The notes: generated by a model not told the origin, from the letters alone. A stretch of DNA of 64,000 bases from Alphaproteobacteria bacterium (GCA_017502865.1 JAFVUD010000002.1:7238-71237), one strand, 5' to 3'. Counted from the first letter of the stretch, positions 44,343-54,518 are shown. Numbers and translations: made by a program.

Positions 44343-45584
44343 ATGTACATACTTGCACTGAATTGCGGTTCTTCATCGCTGAAATATCAGGTATTTGATG
44401 CAGATTCTAAACAGGCCATCGTTGGTGGTAATGTTGAAAAAATCGGTCTGCCAGATTCTTTTGTGACACAGAAATATCCAGATGGAACAAAACAGAAAAA
44501 AGAATGCAGCATGCAGAACCATAACGAAGCATTGAATGTTGTTATGTTTATGCTGCGTGAAGCGTCTGTGGACATGAATGAAATCAAGGGCGTTGGTCAC
44601 CGTGTTGTTTTGGGTGGTGAAAAGTTTGCTTCGTCCGTAGAAATCACAGATGAAGTTATCAAGACTATCGAAGAATTGTCGGAAATTGCACCACTGCATA
44701 ACCCAGCCGCATTGGTTGGTATCGTTGCCGCACAGCAGTTGTTGCCAAACGCAAAACAGGTTGCAGTATTTGATACAGCGTTCCACCAGACTATGCCAGA
44801 TTATTCATACCGCTATGCGGTGCCAGCGGCATGGTATCGTGAATTGGGTGTTCGTCGCTATGGGTTCCATGGGACCAGCCACCTGTATGTATCCAAGGTT
44901 GCAGCAAAAATTTTGGGCAAACCTGCAAATGAATGTAATTTGATTACACTGCACATTGGTTCGGGGGCATCTGCAACTGCAATCCGCAACGGCGTTTCTG
45001 TTGATACTTCGTTGGGTATGACACCATTGGCCGGTTTGACAATGGGCACACGTCCAGGTGATTTGGACCCAGGTGTTGTTCTGTATGTAATGCAGCGTTT
45101 GGGATTAACAGCCGACCAAATGCAGAAACATTTGAACAAAGATTCAGGGCTGTTGGGTTTGACAGAATGCTATGCCGACCGTCGTGACGTAGAAGGCAAC
45201 AAAGATACAAACGATGCATGCCGTTTGGCCATCGATATGGAAGCACACAATGTAAAGAAATACATCGGTGCGTTCATGGCTGAATTGGGTCATGTTGATG
45301 CGTTGGTATTCACAGCCGGTGTTGGCGAAAATGACGATTATCTGCGTGAAAAGTTCTGTGAAGGTCTGGAAGAACTGGGCGTGAAATTGGACAAAGAAAA
45401 GAACGCAGTTGCGTTGGCACGCAAAGGTGTTGACAGTGCAGTTATCAGCACAGATGACAGCCGTGTAAAAATCTTGATGGTGGCCACAAACGAAGAATTG
45501 GTTATCGTCGAAGATACTTTGGCAATTATGAACGGTACATATAATCCAAACCATTTGGAAATGGATTATTCGTTCGCAAAATAA
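44343..45584 (+). CDS. ackA: Acetate kinase
   Basis: LNCGSSSLK, GHRVV.GG, APLHNP, FDTAFHQT, RRYGFHGTSH, FTAGVGEN, TNEE. Confidence 0.97.
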   Translation: MYILALNCGSSSLKYQVFDADSKQAIVGGNVEKIGLPDSFVTQKYPDGTKQKKECSMQNHNEALNVVMFMLREASVDMNEIKGVGHRVVLGGEKFASSVEITDEVIKTIEELSEIAPLHNPAALVGIVAAQQLLPNAKQVAVFDTAFHQTMPDYSYRYAVPAAWYRELGVRRYGFHGTSHLYVSKVAAKILGKPANECNLITLHIGSGASATAIRNGVSVDTSLGMTPLAGLTMGTRPGDLDPGVVLYVMQRLGLTADQMQKHLNKDSGLLGLTECYADRRDVEGNKDTNDACRLAIDMEAHNVKKYIGAFMAELGHVDALVFTAGVGENDDYLREKFCEGLEELGVKLDKEKNAVALARKGVDSAVISTDDSRVKILMVATNEELVIVEDTLAIMNGTYNPNHLEMDYSFAK

Positions 45585-45601
45585 TTGCTGTGAACGATTG
45601 G

Positions 45602-45660
45602 AAAACGCCCCGATTTGGGGCGTTTTTATGTGCAATAAAAATCCCCCAAACGGGGGACTA
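45602..45660. terminator. Two back-to-back terminators
   Basis: aaaacgcccc-gattt-ggggcgtttt and tccccc-aaac-ggggga. Confidence 0.75.
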
Positions 45661-45668
45661 AATTTTGA

Positions 45669-45818
45669 TTAGCAGCCACCTGTGATGTTGCCAACAATTT
45701 TAGAAATTGAAATATCTTTGTGCAGCAAGAAATGATATTCACAGTTGCCTGATTTATAAGAACCTGTGCAGGCAGCCAATGTCATAACAGCAAACAATGC
45801 CAACATTACTTTCTTCAT
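45669..45818 (-). CDS. Small lipoprotein, YhfL/DUF4223-like (not in ORF track)
   Basis: MKKVMLALFAVMTLAAC-TGSYKSGNCEYHFLLHKDISISKIVGNITGGC; SD aaggag. Confidence 0.85.
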   Translation of the reverse strand: MKKVMLALFAVMTLAACTGSYKSGNCEYHFLLHKDISISKIVGNITGGC

Positions 45819-45889
45819 ATTTTTCTCCTTGGTGTTTTTGTTTATGAAAACATACGTATTATAAATTAGATTTTATTCTTATGCAATAA

Positions 45890-46243
45890 TTATATCGCAT
45901 TTTTGATATGGTGAACGTGCCAGCCACATACAAAGATAGCGTCAAAACGGGCATCGCCAGTCCATTGGTGATTTATCAAATATGTTTCACCGGCACGACG
46001 CAGGCGCACCGCCTGGTGTGAGGTTATTGCGTCCCATGCACCCGATATGGTGGGGCGATTTTTTACTTCGACAAAAACGATTGTGTTGCCACGGCGGGCA
46101 ATGATATCCAGTTCGGCCCGGTGGGTATTGCGGCCAGTGATATAGCGATTGTGTAAAATGCGATATCCGTGCAGTCGCAAATACATGCGGGCTATAAATT
46201 CTGCCCGCAGACCAGATTTATATGTGTTGGTTTTAGAAGGCAT
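45890..46243 (-). CDS. yraN: YraN family nuclease
   Basis: G..AE..A..YL...GY.IL, ELDIIA, IVFVEVK, RFD. Confidence 0.9.
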   Translation of the reverse strand: MPSKTNTYKSGLRAEFIARMYLRLHGYRILHNRYITGRNTHRAELDIIARRGNTIVFVEVKNRPTISGAWDAITSHQAVRLRRAGETYLINHQWTGDARFDAIFVCGWHVHHIKNAI

Positions 46244-47000
46244 ATGGTTTTGCCCGAAAGTTTTCACGTGATGACTGGATATTCTTGGATTCGTCAGATG
46301 TACGGCGACCCTTGTCCAATAAATCCAGGGCACCATAATACGCCGTCATCATTGGGTCGTATGCGTTGGTTGATGAAATCCATTTATCTGTGCCAGAATT
46401 TGGTGCACCGTATTTGTCCAAGACCCCTTCCCAGAAAGCCAGGATTTTTTTCTGGCGTTGATTTTCGAATTTTTCGGCATCACCTTCTAGTTCGTTCACG
46501 TCGTTTTTATAAACAACACGCCATACCAGGTTGTCTGTGGCATTACTGGTGAAATAAACGGTCATTGTTTCACCAGTCTGGGGACGTTCCAGGTGCAATT
46601 CAGATGCATATATCAGCCCACGATCACGTGCCAAGGAATTTATACACTGTTCCAATTTTTCTGGCACATAGATGCCCTGTTGGCGACATTCATAATCCAG
46701 ATTATATTTCCAATCACGATGAATGGTGTAAATAATGCTGTCTTTTTTGCGGGGGGAATACAGACCCTTGGTCTTGAAAAACAGGGTTTGAACATCTTCG
46801 AATGGCATGCCCAGCATAACACCGGCAATATCAAAAGAACCAACCGGTGCAATCGTTGCATCTGGATTCAAATCGACGGATTCTGCGACAAAGTCTGATT
46901 CAGTGTCGTCAACAATCGCAAAATTTTCAAAATCAAAATCATCACCAAATGCAACCAATGGTGTAAATAGAGCCATCAAAAATATCAACGTACGTTTCAT
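46233..47000 (-). CDS. Secreted/periplasmic hypothetical protein
   Basis: Signal peptide; FDIAGVMLGM motif. Confidence 0.8.
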   Translation of the reverse strand: MKRTLIFLMALFTPLVAFGDDFDFENFAIVDDTESDFVAESVDLNPDATIAPVGSFDIAGVMLGMPFEDVQTLFFKTKGLYSPRKKDSIIYTIHRDWKYNLDYECRQQGIYVPEKLEQCINSLARDRGLIYASELHLERPQTGETMTVYFTSNATDNLVWRVVYKNDVNELEGDAEKFENQRQKKILAFWEGVLDKYGAPNSGTDKWISSTNAYDPMMTAYYGALDLLDKGRRTSDESKNIQSSRENFRAKPYAF

Positions 47001-47022
47001 GTTTTACAGAACCCCCAGACCA

Positions 47023-47655
47023 CTATTGTTGGACATCTGTCACCATAAATTTGAACAAGACTGCGGGATCGCCGCCCTGCTCTAGATACGGGCCAACCTG
47101 GATAGATGGACGAAAACCATTTTCAAATCGCAATGACATGTACAGACGGCCATGTTCAACCACAGGTGCCACAGAAAAGTCATTTGGGCGTGGCCAGGTC
47201 TGCAATTCATAATCGATTGTCCAATAATCTGCAACACCGGGACGTGGAACAATGTTTATTACATGTGCGGTACGCATGGCTTTGTTTGCGACCAGGTCCT
47301 GGATTTTTGGCATTTCGGTTAACTGCCAATGCTCAAACACATTGGGGGTCACCATGTTGACCAATGCGGTTTTGCCAGCCATTCTGGATTCTAAATCTGT
47401 GGCATTGGGAATCACATAAAAATATTCCGCTATGAATTTATCAATCAGCATGCGACGAATTTCTTCGTCACCAATGTCGGCCACAGATTGTGGTGTACCT
47501 GGACGACGTTCCGATAAATTTGCAGGCTGGAAAAAGAATGTATCAACCGTCAATTTATTACCAGTGTCATAAATCGCAGCCGCAGCCAAAATCATGCCGA
47601 ATGTCAGCACCAGTAATAACAAGCCCATTAAAAATCTAATCAGTTTCTTCATCAA
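47023..47655 (-). CDS. VirB8-like bitopic protein
   Basis: N-terminal TM, FIAEYF, VF..W, W.IDYE; follows a similar gene. Confidence 0.45.
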   Translation of the reverse strand: MMKKLIRFLMGLLLLVLTFGMILAAAAIYDTGNKLTVDTFFFQPANLSERRPGTPQSVADIGDEEIRRMLIDKFIAEYFYVIPNATDLESRMAGKTALVNMVTPNVFEHWQLTEMPKIQDLVANKAMRTAHVINIVPRPGVADYWTIDYELQTWPRPNDFSVAPVVEHGRLYMSLRFENGFRPSIQVGPYLEQGGDPAVLFKFMVTDVQQ

Positions 47656-48332
47656 TTTAATCTGTATGCGTCAAAGTCTGTTATATAGTATCCCATTGTT
47701 TGTGGAAAATGTTGTTTATCCTGGGCGATGGTGGCATATGCGATAATATCTATTGGTCCGGTGACGTTTGATTCGATGGTGGCGTACACCTGCCATATGC
47801 CGCCAATGGGGGTTATGCCGTTTATCGGTGTCATCCGCAGGTCGTTCAGCGATATAGACCAGGTTTCACCATCTAGGATTCGTGTTTCATATCCAGGCAA
47901 TACGGTTTCTGTAAATTGTTTATATAAATCATCACTGATACTGCATGCAATCAGGCCATTTGGATTACCATCGGCACAATCATACCCATCGGGCAATGGT
48001 GCCCAACGTTTGGTGTTATATTCCAGATTTGGTGATATTGTGAACCAATTCCGGATAAAGTGGGCCAGAACAGATTCTTGGAGGGTTTGATTGGCGGTAA
48101 TTGTTTTTTCACCATGGTCGTGGCCGATAACAGACCACTGGCCCGTCATGTCGTTGATAGAAACCAAAAACGGATGAACCGTGCGGGAACGTGCCGCCCA
48201 GAAAATAAATACACACAGAAACGCAATCAACAGCAGTGATGCCATTATGCCAATTGACATTGTGCGTGACAATGCCACAGGGCGGCCCGCCGGAAATGTG
48301 GGCGTTTCAAAATTATCTGGATAGTTTAACAA
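47652..48332 (-). CDS. VirB8/TrbF-like bitopic protein
   Basis: TM then TVHPFLVSINDMTG, QESVLAHFIRNWF, WQV, C-terminal MGYYITDF; probable TTG start after ggggga. Confidence 0.6.
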   Translation of the reverse strand: MLNYPDNFETPTFPAGRPVALSRTMSIGIMASLLLIAFLCVFIFWAARSRTVHPFLVSINDMTGQWSVIGHDHGEKTITANQTLQESVLAHFIRNWFTISPNLEYNTKRWAPLPDGYDCADGNPNGLIACSISDDLYKQFTETVLPGYETRILDGETWSISLNDLRMTPINGITPIGGIWQVYATIESNVTGPIDIIAYATIAQDKQHFPQTMGYYITDFDAYRLN

Positions 48333-48357
48333 TATTCCCCCCGAATATGTGTTAAAA

Positions 48358-48504
48358 CTAGGCCTGGTATACCATGATGCAGGCACATGGGCTTAATTTC
48401 AATTCGTTGTTGTCATAGCCAACACCAACAGGTTCACGGTCATAAACCTGGCCACAGCCGGCCAATGCCAATGCAACGAAAACGCCTAGTAATACTTTTT
48501 TCAC
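48358..48504 (-). CDS. Small lipoprotein, VirB7-like (not in ORF track)
   Basis: GTG start after aaggag: MKKVLLGVFVALALAGC-GQVYDREPVGVGYDNNELKLSPCACIMVYQA. Confidence 0.7.
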   Translation of the reverse strand: MKKVLLGVFVALALAGCGQVYDREPVGVGYDNNELKLSPCACIMVYQA

Positions 48505-48564
48505 GTGATAACTCCTTCCCTGGTTTTATTTGATTATAAAAAAATCACACGCATGCCGTCAAGA

Positions 48565-50835
48565 CTAAAACTGGGTTTCAAATGACAGCAGGAATCTTTG
48601 TTCACGGTCATAGTCGGTCATCTTTAATGGCCAACCCCAACTGAAATTCATTGGGCCCATTGGTGTGTTCCAATAAATACCAACACCAACAGATGTGCGA
48701 ATGTTATCGTCTATGTGATTTGGACGGCCCATAAATGTATCTTCGGCGGCCGGCGGTTTGCCCAATATACCATAGTCTGCGAATACGAAACCTTTGACCT
48801 GGTATTCATCGGGGATAAAGATTGGGAAATTCAACTGGGTTGAACCATTGACTTTCCATAAGCCACCCAACGAATATGTTGTATAGAACCAGTTGCGGGA
48901 ACCAACGCCGGCAACATCAAAACCACGCAACGATTCACCGCCCAAGAAATATCGATAAACACGGGATACATAGTCATCATCCAGCGGCTGGATATAGCCA
49001 AATTCCAATGATGAACGCAATTGCCATTTATCGTTCCAGAAATTTACCATACCGATAATATCACCACTGTAACGCATGTATGTTTCGGTGCCACCAAAAC
49101 CGGTGTATGCCAACCCCAGGTTTGCAACAACCCCGGTGTGGGTGTTCTGTTCAAAATTGGTGTCCAGATTGTGATAGCGGAAATTCGTGCTTAACGTGTA
49201 CAGGTTTGCATCCTGCCAGCCGGATTCAGATTGCAGGTCGTAATTCTGGTCGAATGATGCAGACAGACGGACGTTCTGGGTCCAGTGGTCGGTCAGACGC
49301 CACCCCATACGGCCAGCGATTGTCAAAGAATCACGGTCGTAGCCAAAACCACCCAATGATGAATAGTTATACATTGTGTATGAAACATCAAATCCGGCGG
49401 ACAATTGACGACCAAACAGGTATGGTTCGGTAAAACTGAACAGTGCCTGTTTTTGATATTCTGCAATGGATGCACGCAGTTGGACAATCTGGCCACGGCC
49501 CATAAAGTTGTTTTCGGTAATACCTGCATCAACCATAAATCCGTTGATGTTTGACCAACCAAATCCACCAGATAATTCACCGGTTGGCTGTTCTTCGACA
49601 CGGATGTCCAACGCCATCATATTTTCACCCGCAATGCGTGATGGTACCATTTGAACATCTTTGAAATAGCGGGTACGCATTAATTTTTGACGGCCCTCTT
49701 CTATGGTTTGTAATGAAAATGGGTCGCCAGAACGCATTGGAATCAACTGTTCAATAACAGAATCAAATGTACGAACATTGCCCAATATGTTTATTGAATT
49801 CAAATAAATACGATTTGTTTTTTGAATCTGGAATTTCAAACCGATTGTGTGATTTGTCGAATCCTTGGTCGGGATTGGTTCAACATTTATAAATGCATAA
49901 CCATAGTCTGCAACACGACTGCGAAGGGCGGACATTGTTTGTTCAACCAGGTCAACATTGTATGTATCGCCAGATTTCATCACAATAACGTCTGTCAATT
50001 CGTCTGTGGGGATATCCGGGAACGGATTGTCCACAGTTATTTCGCCAAATTTATACTTTTGCCCTTCGTCAACGTTGAATTTTACAGAATAATATTGACG
50101 GTCTGGACTGAATGTGCCGACGGTGTCTGTGATTTGAAAATCGACATAGCCATTGCGCATATAGAATTGACGCAACATTTGTCCATCGTATTGAATGCGG
50201 TCTTCGTCAAATGTGTCGAATTGGGTCATGAAACGCCACCACGCATGTTCACGTGACAAAATTTCGCCACGCAATGTGCGGTCACTGAATTTTTTATTAC
50301 CAGAAAAATCAATGTCGGTTATCCAGGTTGGGTGACCTTCGCTGATTTCATAAACGACATTTACACGATTGTCGTCCAGTTCGATTTTCTTGGGCTCGAT
50401 TTTTGTGCCAAAGTAGCCCTGGCGTTGATACACGGTCAACATGCGTTGCACGTCGGCACCGATAACAGATTCATCGTATGATGTGCGTTCGCGTGTTTTG
50501 ATTTCTTTTTTCAAATCGTCTGTGGATACGGCATCGTTGCCTTCGACGGTGACCATGGAAATCAGGGGTGCTTCGGCAATGTCGATTTTCAGCACATTGC
50601 CCGACATGCGGACATTGATTTTGGAAAAATATCCACTTTCCTGTAATTTCTTGGCAATGGTGTTGGCACGTTCTGCGTTAACGTTGTCGCCAATTTTTAC
50701 ATCAGATAAAATACGTACAGATTCTGCATCCATACGTGTGTTACCCGACACATCAATGCGTGATACATTCGCCCCATATGCCGGTGCAATGCCAGATACC
50801 AGTGCCGCAATAAATAAACTGTGTTTGATATTCAT
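48565..50835 (-). CDS. bamA: Outer membrane protein assembly factor BamA
   Basis: POTRA repeats, E.PTG, NFMGRGQ, FTEPY, LRGF, TPMGPM, terminal F. Confidence 0.97.
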   Translation of the reverse strand: MNIKHSLFIAALVSGIAPAYGANVSRIDVSGNTRMDAESVRILSDVKIGDNVNAERANTIAKKLQESGYFSKINVRMSGNVLKIDIAEAPLISMVTVEGNDAVSTDDLKKEIKTRERTSYDESVIGADVQRMLTVYQRQGYFGTKIEPKKIELDDNRVNVVYEISEGHPTWITDIDFSGNKKFSDRTLRGEILSREHAWWRFMTQFDTFDEDRIQYDGQMLRQFYMRNGYVDFQITDTVGTFSPDRQYYSVKFNVDEGQKYKFGEITVDNPFPDIPTDELTDVIVMKSGDTYNVDLVEQTMSALRSRVADYGYAFINVEPIPTKDSTNHTIGLKFQIQKTNRIYLNSINILGNVRTFDSVIEQLIPMRSGDPFSLQTIEEGRQKLMRTRYFKDVQMVPSRIAGENMMALDIRVEEQPTGELSGGFGWSNINGFMVDAGITENNFMGRGQIVQLRASIAEYQKQALFSFTEPYLFGRQLSAGFDVSYTMYNYSSLGGFGYDRDSLTIAGRMGWRLTDHWTQNVRLSASFDQNYDLQSESGWQDANLYTLSTNFRYHNLDTNFEQNTHTGVVANLGLAYTGFGGTETYMRYSGDIIGMVNFWNDKWQLRSSLEFGYIQPLDDDYVSRVYRYFLGGESLRGFDVAGVGSRNWFYTTYSLGGLWKVNGSTQLNFPIFIPDEYQVKGFVFADYGILGKPPAAEDTFMGRPNHIDDNIRTSVGVGIYWNTPMGPMNFSWGWPLKMTDYDREQRFLLSFETQF

Positions 50836-50836
50836 A

Positions 50837-51907
50837 TTAATTCCACCCAAATACACGTGCTAAATCATTCCACATTGTCAATGCAAACAAACCAAGAATA
50901 AATACCCACCCCAGAATGATTGCAATTTCCATACCACGTCCCTGAAGTTTGCGACGGGTGATGCCTTCGATAATCAAGATTGTCAAATATCCACCGTCCA
51001 ACACCGGCAATGGCAACAGGTTGATTACCCCCAAATTCACCGACAACAATGCAATCAGGGACAAGAATGTAAAGAATCCCGCCAGCATCGCCGCCCCAGA
51101 ATACTGGGCAATGGTGATGAACGACCCCAGTTGTTTTGAAGAACGTTCACCGGTGACGATTTGTTTCAAAACAACAACCAATGTTTTTGATTCATAGTAT
51201 GTTTTGCGGGCACCAGAATACAGGGCCTGGAAAATATTTTGGCGGGCGGGGTCGGCACGTTTGCTGCCATCGGCGACCATGCCCCAACGTTCAGCCGGTG
51301 CCAACTTTACATTTACCAATTTGTCGCCACGAACCAACAAAACATCTGCATCACGGTTTGATGCCAATTCTTTGGCAATGATTAAATCGCCCCAGTTGGA
51401 AATCTTTTCATCATCTATGCGGACAATTGTGTCGCCGGCACGAACACCTGCGTTGAATGCGACGGATTCCTGGATAACCTGGCCGATGACGGGCAATTGT
51501 GAATTCCCAACCAAGCGGGGCTGGAACATAAACAGCGATGTGTAAATCAACCATGCCAAGATAAAGTTCATGGCAACACCAGCACCGATGATTATGAACT
51601 GTTTCCACGATGGGGCGGACAGATAATGACCACGTTTTTTATCAGCGGGCAGTTCTGCAAATTTTTTACGATTGAACATGTCTTCTTGGCCATAGATGGA
51701 AACATAACCACCCAATGGCAGACACGACAGTTTCCAAACGGTACCACGTTTGTCTGTCCATTTACACAGTGCAGGACCAAAGCCGATTGAAAATACATCA
51801 ACACGAACACCCGCCCAACGTGCAGCCAAGAAATGTCCCAATTCGTGAACAAAAACCACTATGCCCAATACAACCAACAATGCAATAATGGTCAAAATAA
51901 TTTGCAT
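50837..51907 (-). CDS. rseP: RIP metalloprotease RseP
   Basis: HELGH, FSIGFG, PLGGYV, PDZ, NLLPLPVLDGG. Confidence 0.96.
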   Translation of the reverse strand: MQIILTIIALLVVLGIVVFVHELGHFLAARWAGVRVDVFSIGFGPALCKWTDKRGTVWKLSCLPLGGYVSIYGQEDMFNRKKFAELPADKKRGHYLSAPSWKQFIIIGAGVAMNFILAWLIYTSLFMFQPRLVGNSQLPVIGQVIQESVAFNAGVRAGDTIVRIDDEKISNWGDLIIAKELASNRDADVLLVRGDKLVNVKLAPAERWGMVADGSKRADPARQNIFQALYSGARKTYYESKTLVVVLKQIVTGERSSKQLGSFITIAQYSGAAMLAGFFTFLSLIALLSVNLGVINLLPLPVLDGGYLTILIIEGITRRKLQGRGMEIAIILGWVFILGLFALTMWNDLARVFGWN

Positions 51908-51937
51908 ATCTTTCCGTCCTTTTGCGTTAAAAATTCA

Positions 51938-52591
51938 TTATATCATTGTCAACCATACCAATGGCAATGCATAAATCCAGCCATCAAATCTGTCCAGAAC
52001 ACCGCCATGACCCGGCAAGATTGTGCCGAAATCTTTGATACCCAGGCGGCGTTTAATCCAACTGGCCGTCAGGTCGCCATACTGGGACAATAATGCAACA
52101 CTGATACCCGTCCAAATCAATACAAACGCAGATGCGATTGGCATGCCACGGAATATGCCATAGGCGACGTAAACGGCCGCCCCACAAATGATGCCTGCGA
52201 TTTGGCCAGACCATGTTTTGCCAGATGACAGACGTTCCCACATTTTGTCACCGCCCAGCATTTTGCCAAACAGCCATGCACCAATGTCTGCGGAACAGAT
52301 AATCAGTAATAACTGCAAAACAATTTGGGGACGTGTGCCAACAGAATTTATCGCCGCCAGCATCACAAACAGCAACACCATAAAGAACACAAATGACAAC
52401 GCATTTTTTGCCAGTGTTTCAGCCGATGCACGACGCAGACAGAATATGAATTCTAGAATCATACCCAAAACAATTAGAATCCCCAGGTAACGCACCGCAG
52501 GAAAACCAAAGTATTGGGCAACGCCGGCACCAACCGCAATCAATGCCATAATTGCCGCCGCCATAATTCGTTTTGATGTTTCGTTTGACAT
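51938..52591 (-). CDS. cdsA: Phosphatidate cytidylyltransferase
   Basis: DIGAW, SSGKTW.G, GDL..S..KR..GIKD.G..LPGHGGVLDRFD. Confidence 0.96.
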   Translation of the reverse strand: MSNETSKRIMAAAIMALIAVGAGVAQYFGFPAVRYLGILIVLGMILEFIFCLRRASAETLAKNALSFVFFMVLLFVMLAAINSVGTRPQIVLQLLLIICSADIGAWLFGKMLGGDKMWERLSSGKTWSGQIAGIICGAAVYVAYGIFRGMPIASAFVLIWTGISVALLSQYGDLTASWIKRRLGIKDFGTILPGHGGVLDRFDGWIYALPLVWLTMI

Positions 52592-52618
52592 AAAAATCCC
52601 CTTTCCTTGGAATAAAAA

Positions 52619-53377
52619 TTATTTCTTTTTGCCGGAATAGTTTGCCTTTTTACCACCGCCGAAACGACGATTGCGTTTTGCAAATTCATCCAATGTGTGT
52701 TGCCACAGTTTTTCACTTTTTACCAAATCTGGCCAGTGTTCTGGGACAAACAGCAATTCTGCATATGCCAATTTCCACAACAGATAGTTGGAAATACGGC
52801 TTTCATTGCTGGTACGTACCATCAGGTCAACCGGCAATAAATCGCCAGTATCCAGATATGTTTCAAATGTTTCACGTGTGACGGGTTCCCCATTTGCAAT
52901 GGCCGCATTTACCGCATCAACGATTTCCTGTTGACCACCATAGTTCAATGCAAATGCAACTGTACCGCCGGTGTTTTCAGCGGTCTTTTCTTCCAATTCA
53001 TCGCACAGGGCCGCCAATTTTTCAGGCAGACGTTCACGTGAGCCAAGAACACGATAACGCAGATTTTTTTCCAATGCGTTTTTCATGTTTTTCTTTAATT
53101 CTGTATAGAACAAATCCATCAAGAAATCGACTTCTTCGGTGGAACGGTTCCAGTTTTCTGTCGAGAAAACAAAGAATGTAATCGTTGTGACACCACGTTT
53201 GAAATACCAATCAACCAGGTTTTCAAAGTTTGCAATGCCGGCCTGGTGCCCCATTAATGGGGGCAGACCACGATTTTCAGCCCAACGGCGATTGCCATCG
53301 CAAATAAATGCAATGTGTTGTGGAACGGCGGTTGATGTTGCGACAGGTTTCTGTTTTTTATTAAATAATTTGAACAT
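52619..53377 (-). CDS. uppS: Undecaprenyl diphosphate synthase
   Basis: HIAFICDGNRRWA, FSTENWNR, NYGG, RTSNESRISNYLLW. Confidence 0.96.
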   Translation of the reverse strand: MFKLFNKKQKPVATSTAVPQHIAFICDGNRRWAENRGLPPLMGHQAGIANFENLVDWYFKRGVTTITFFVFSTENWNRSTEEVDFLMDLFYTELKKNMKNALEKNLRYRVLGSRERLPEKLAALCDELEEKTAENTGGTVAFALNYGGQQEIVDAVNAAIANGEPVTRETFETYLDTGDLLPVDLMVRTSNESRISNYLLWKLAYAELLFVPEHWPDLVKSEKLWQHTLDEFAKRNRRFGGGKKANYSGKKK

Positions 53378-53413
53378 GTTTAGTATCCGAATTTTATTGT
53401 GAAACAGTTGGGT

Positions 53414-53974
53414 TTAGACAGACATGATGTCGGCTTCTTTTTCACGGGCCAGTGCATCAACTTCTGTGCCACGTTTGTCAAAGACTTTCTGGATATCGTC
53501 TTCGTATTTACGCTGGTCATCTTCAGAGATTTCTTTGTCGGTGACGGCACGTTTGATTTTGCCCATTGCGTCTTGGCGAATATTACGCATGGAAATCTTG
53601 GCTTCTTCGGCGTATTTACCGGCAACCTTGGTCAATTCACGACGACGTTCTTCGGTCAATGGTGGCATATTCAGGCGAATTACACCGCCGGCGGTCATTG
53701 GGTTCAGCCCCAGACCAGAATCACGAATAGCCTTTTCAACAGCAGGTGCATTTGTGATATCCCAAACAGTCACAGATAATGTCTGGTTATCAGGTGTGGA
53801 AACGGTTGCAACCTGGTTAATTGGCATTTCAGCCCCATATACCGGAACACGAATTGCGTCCAGCAAGTGTACAGATGCACGACCAGTACGCAGACCGGCG
53901 TATTCTGTCTTTAAAACTTCGATTGTTTGGGCGGTTTTTTGTTCGACTTCTGCCTTTAATAATTGATAATCCAT
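53414..53974 (-). CDS. frr: Ribosome recycling factor
   Basis: LRTGRAS, LGLNP, PPLTEERRREL, RNIRQD, KEADIM. Confidence 0.97.
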   Translation of the reverse strand: MDYQLLKAEVEQKTAQTIEVLKTEYAGLRTGRASVHLLDAIRVPVYGAEMPINQVATVSTPDNQTLSVTVWDITNAPAVEKAIRDSGLGLNPMTAGGVIRLNMPPLTEERRRELTKVAGKYAEEAKISMRNIRQDAMGKIKRAVTDKEISEDDQRKYEDDIQKVFDKRGTEVDALAREKEADIMSV

Positions 53975-54130
53975 ATTAAAACTCCATAGGTTATAGAAAG
54001 AGATTAGCAAATTGATTTCATAATTGGCAAGTATAAATGTAGAAAAATCCCATTGCAAAAAGAAATCGCAAAAAGTTGTATCAAATCGTTTGACTTTTTG
54101 TGTAAAGCAATATAGAATATGCGTCTGCAT

Positions 54131-54206
54131 GGGGTTGTAGCTCAGTTGGTAGAGCACTTGCATGGCATGCAAGGGGTCGTCGGTTCGAGTCCGATCAGCT
54201 CCACCA
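54131..54206 (+). tRNA. tRNA-Ala(GGC)
   Basis: GGGGTTG/CAGCTCC with G3:U70; cttgc-at-GGC-at-gcaag. Confidence 0.97.
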
Positions 54207-54235
54207 GGATTCTAAGGTCACAAGACCCAGAGTAT

Positions 54236-54313
54236 GGCGGATATAGCTCAGTTGGTTAGAGCGTTGGTTTGTGGTACCAAATGTCGCCGGTTCGAGTCCG
54301 GTTATCCGCCCCA
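54236..54313 (+). tRNA. tRNA-His(GTG) with G-1:C73
   Basis: G-GCGGATA..ttggt-tt-GTG-gt-accaa..TATCCGC-C-CCA. Confidence 0.96.
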
Positions 54314-54518
54314 TTATAAAACGTCCCTGTTGGGGCGTTTTTTAATTTTGGGCGGTTCGGACGAGAGCCGCAGGTTCGGAACGTCAGTTGGCGAGAACGA
54401 GCATTGGCGAAGTTCAAGCCTTACGTAGTGAAAGGGGCCCATGGAGAGAAACGACCATGGGAATATACAGTCCGGTTATCCGCCCCATTATAAAACGTCC
54501 CAATCGGGGCGTTTTTTA
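54295..54518 (+). repeat. tRNA-His 3' end + terminator duplicated around a 124-bp spacer
   Basis: agtccggttatccgccccattataaaacgtccc....ggggcgtttttta at 54295-54344 and 54469-54518. Confidence 0.9.
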
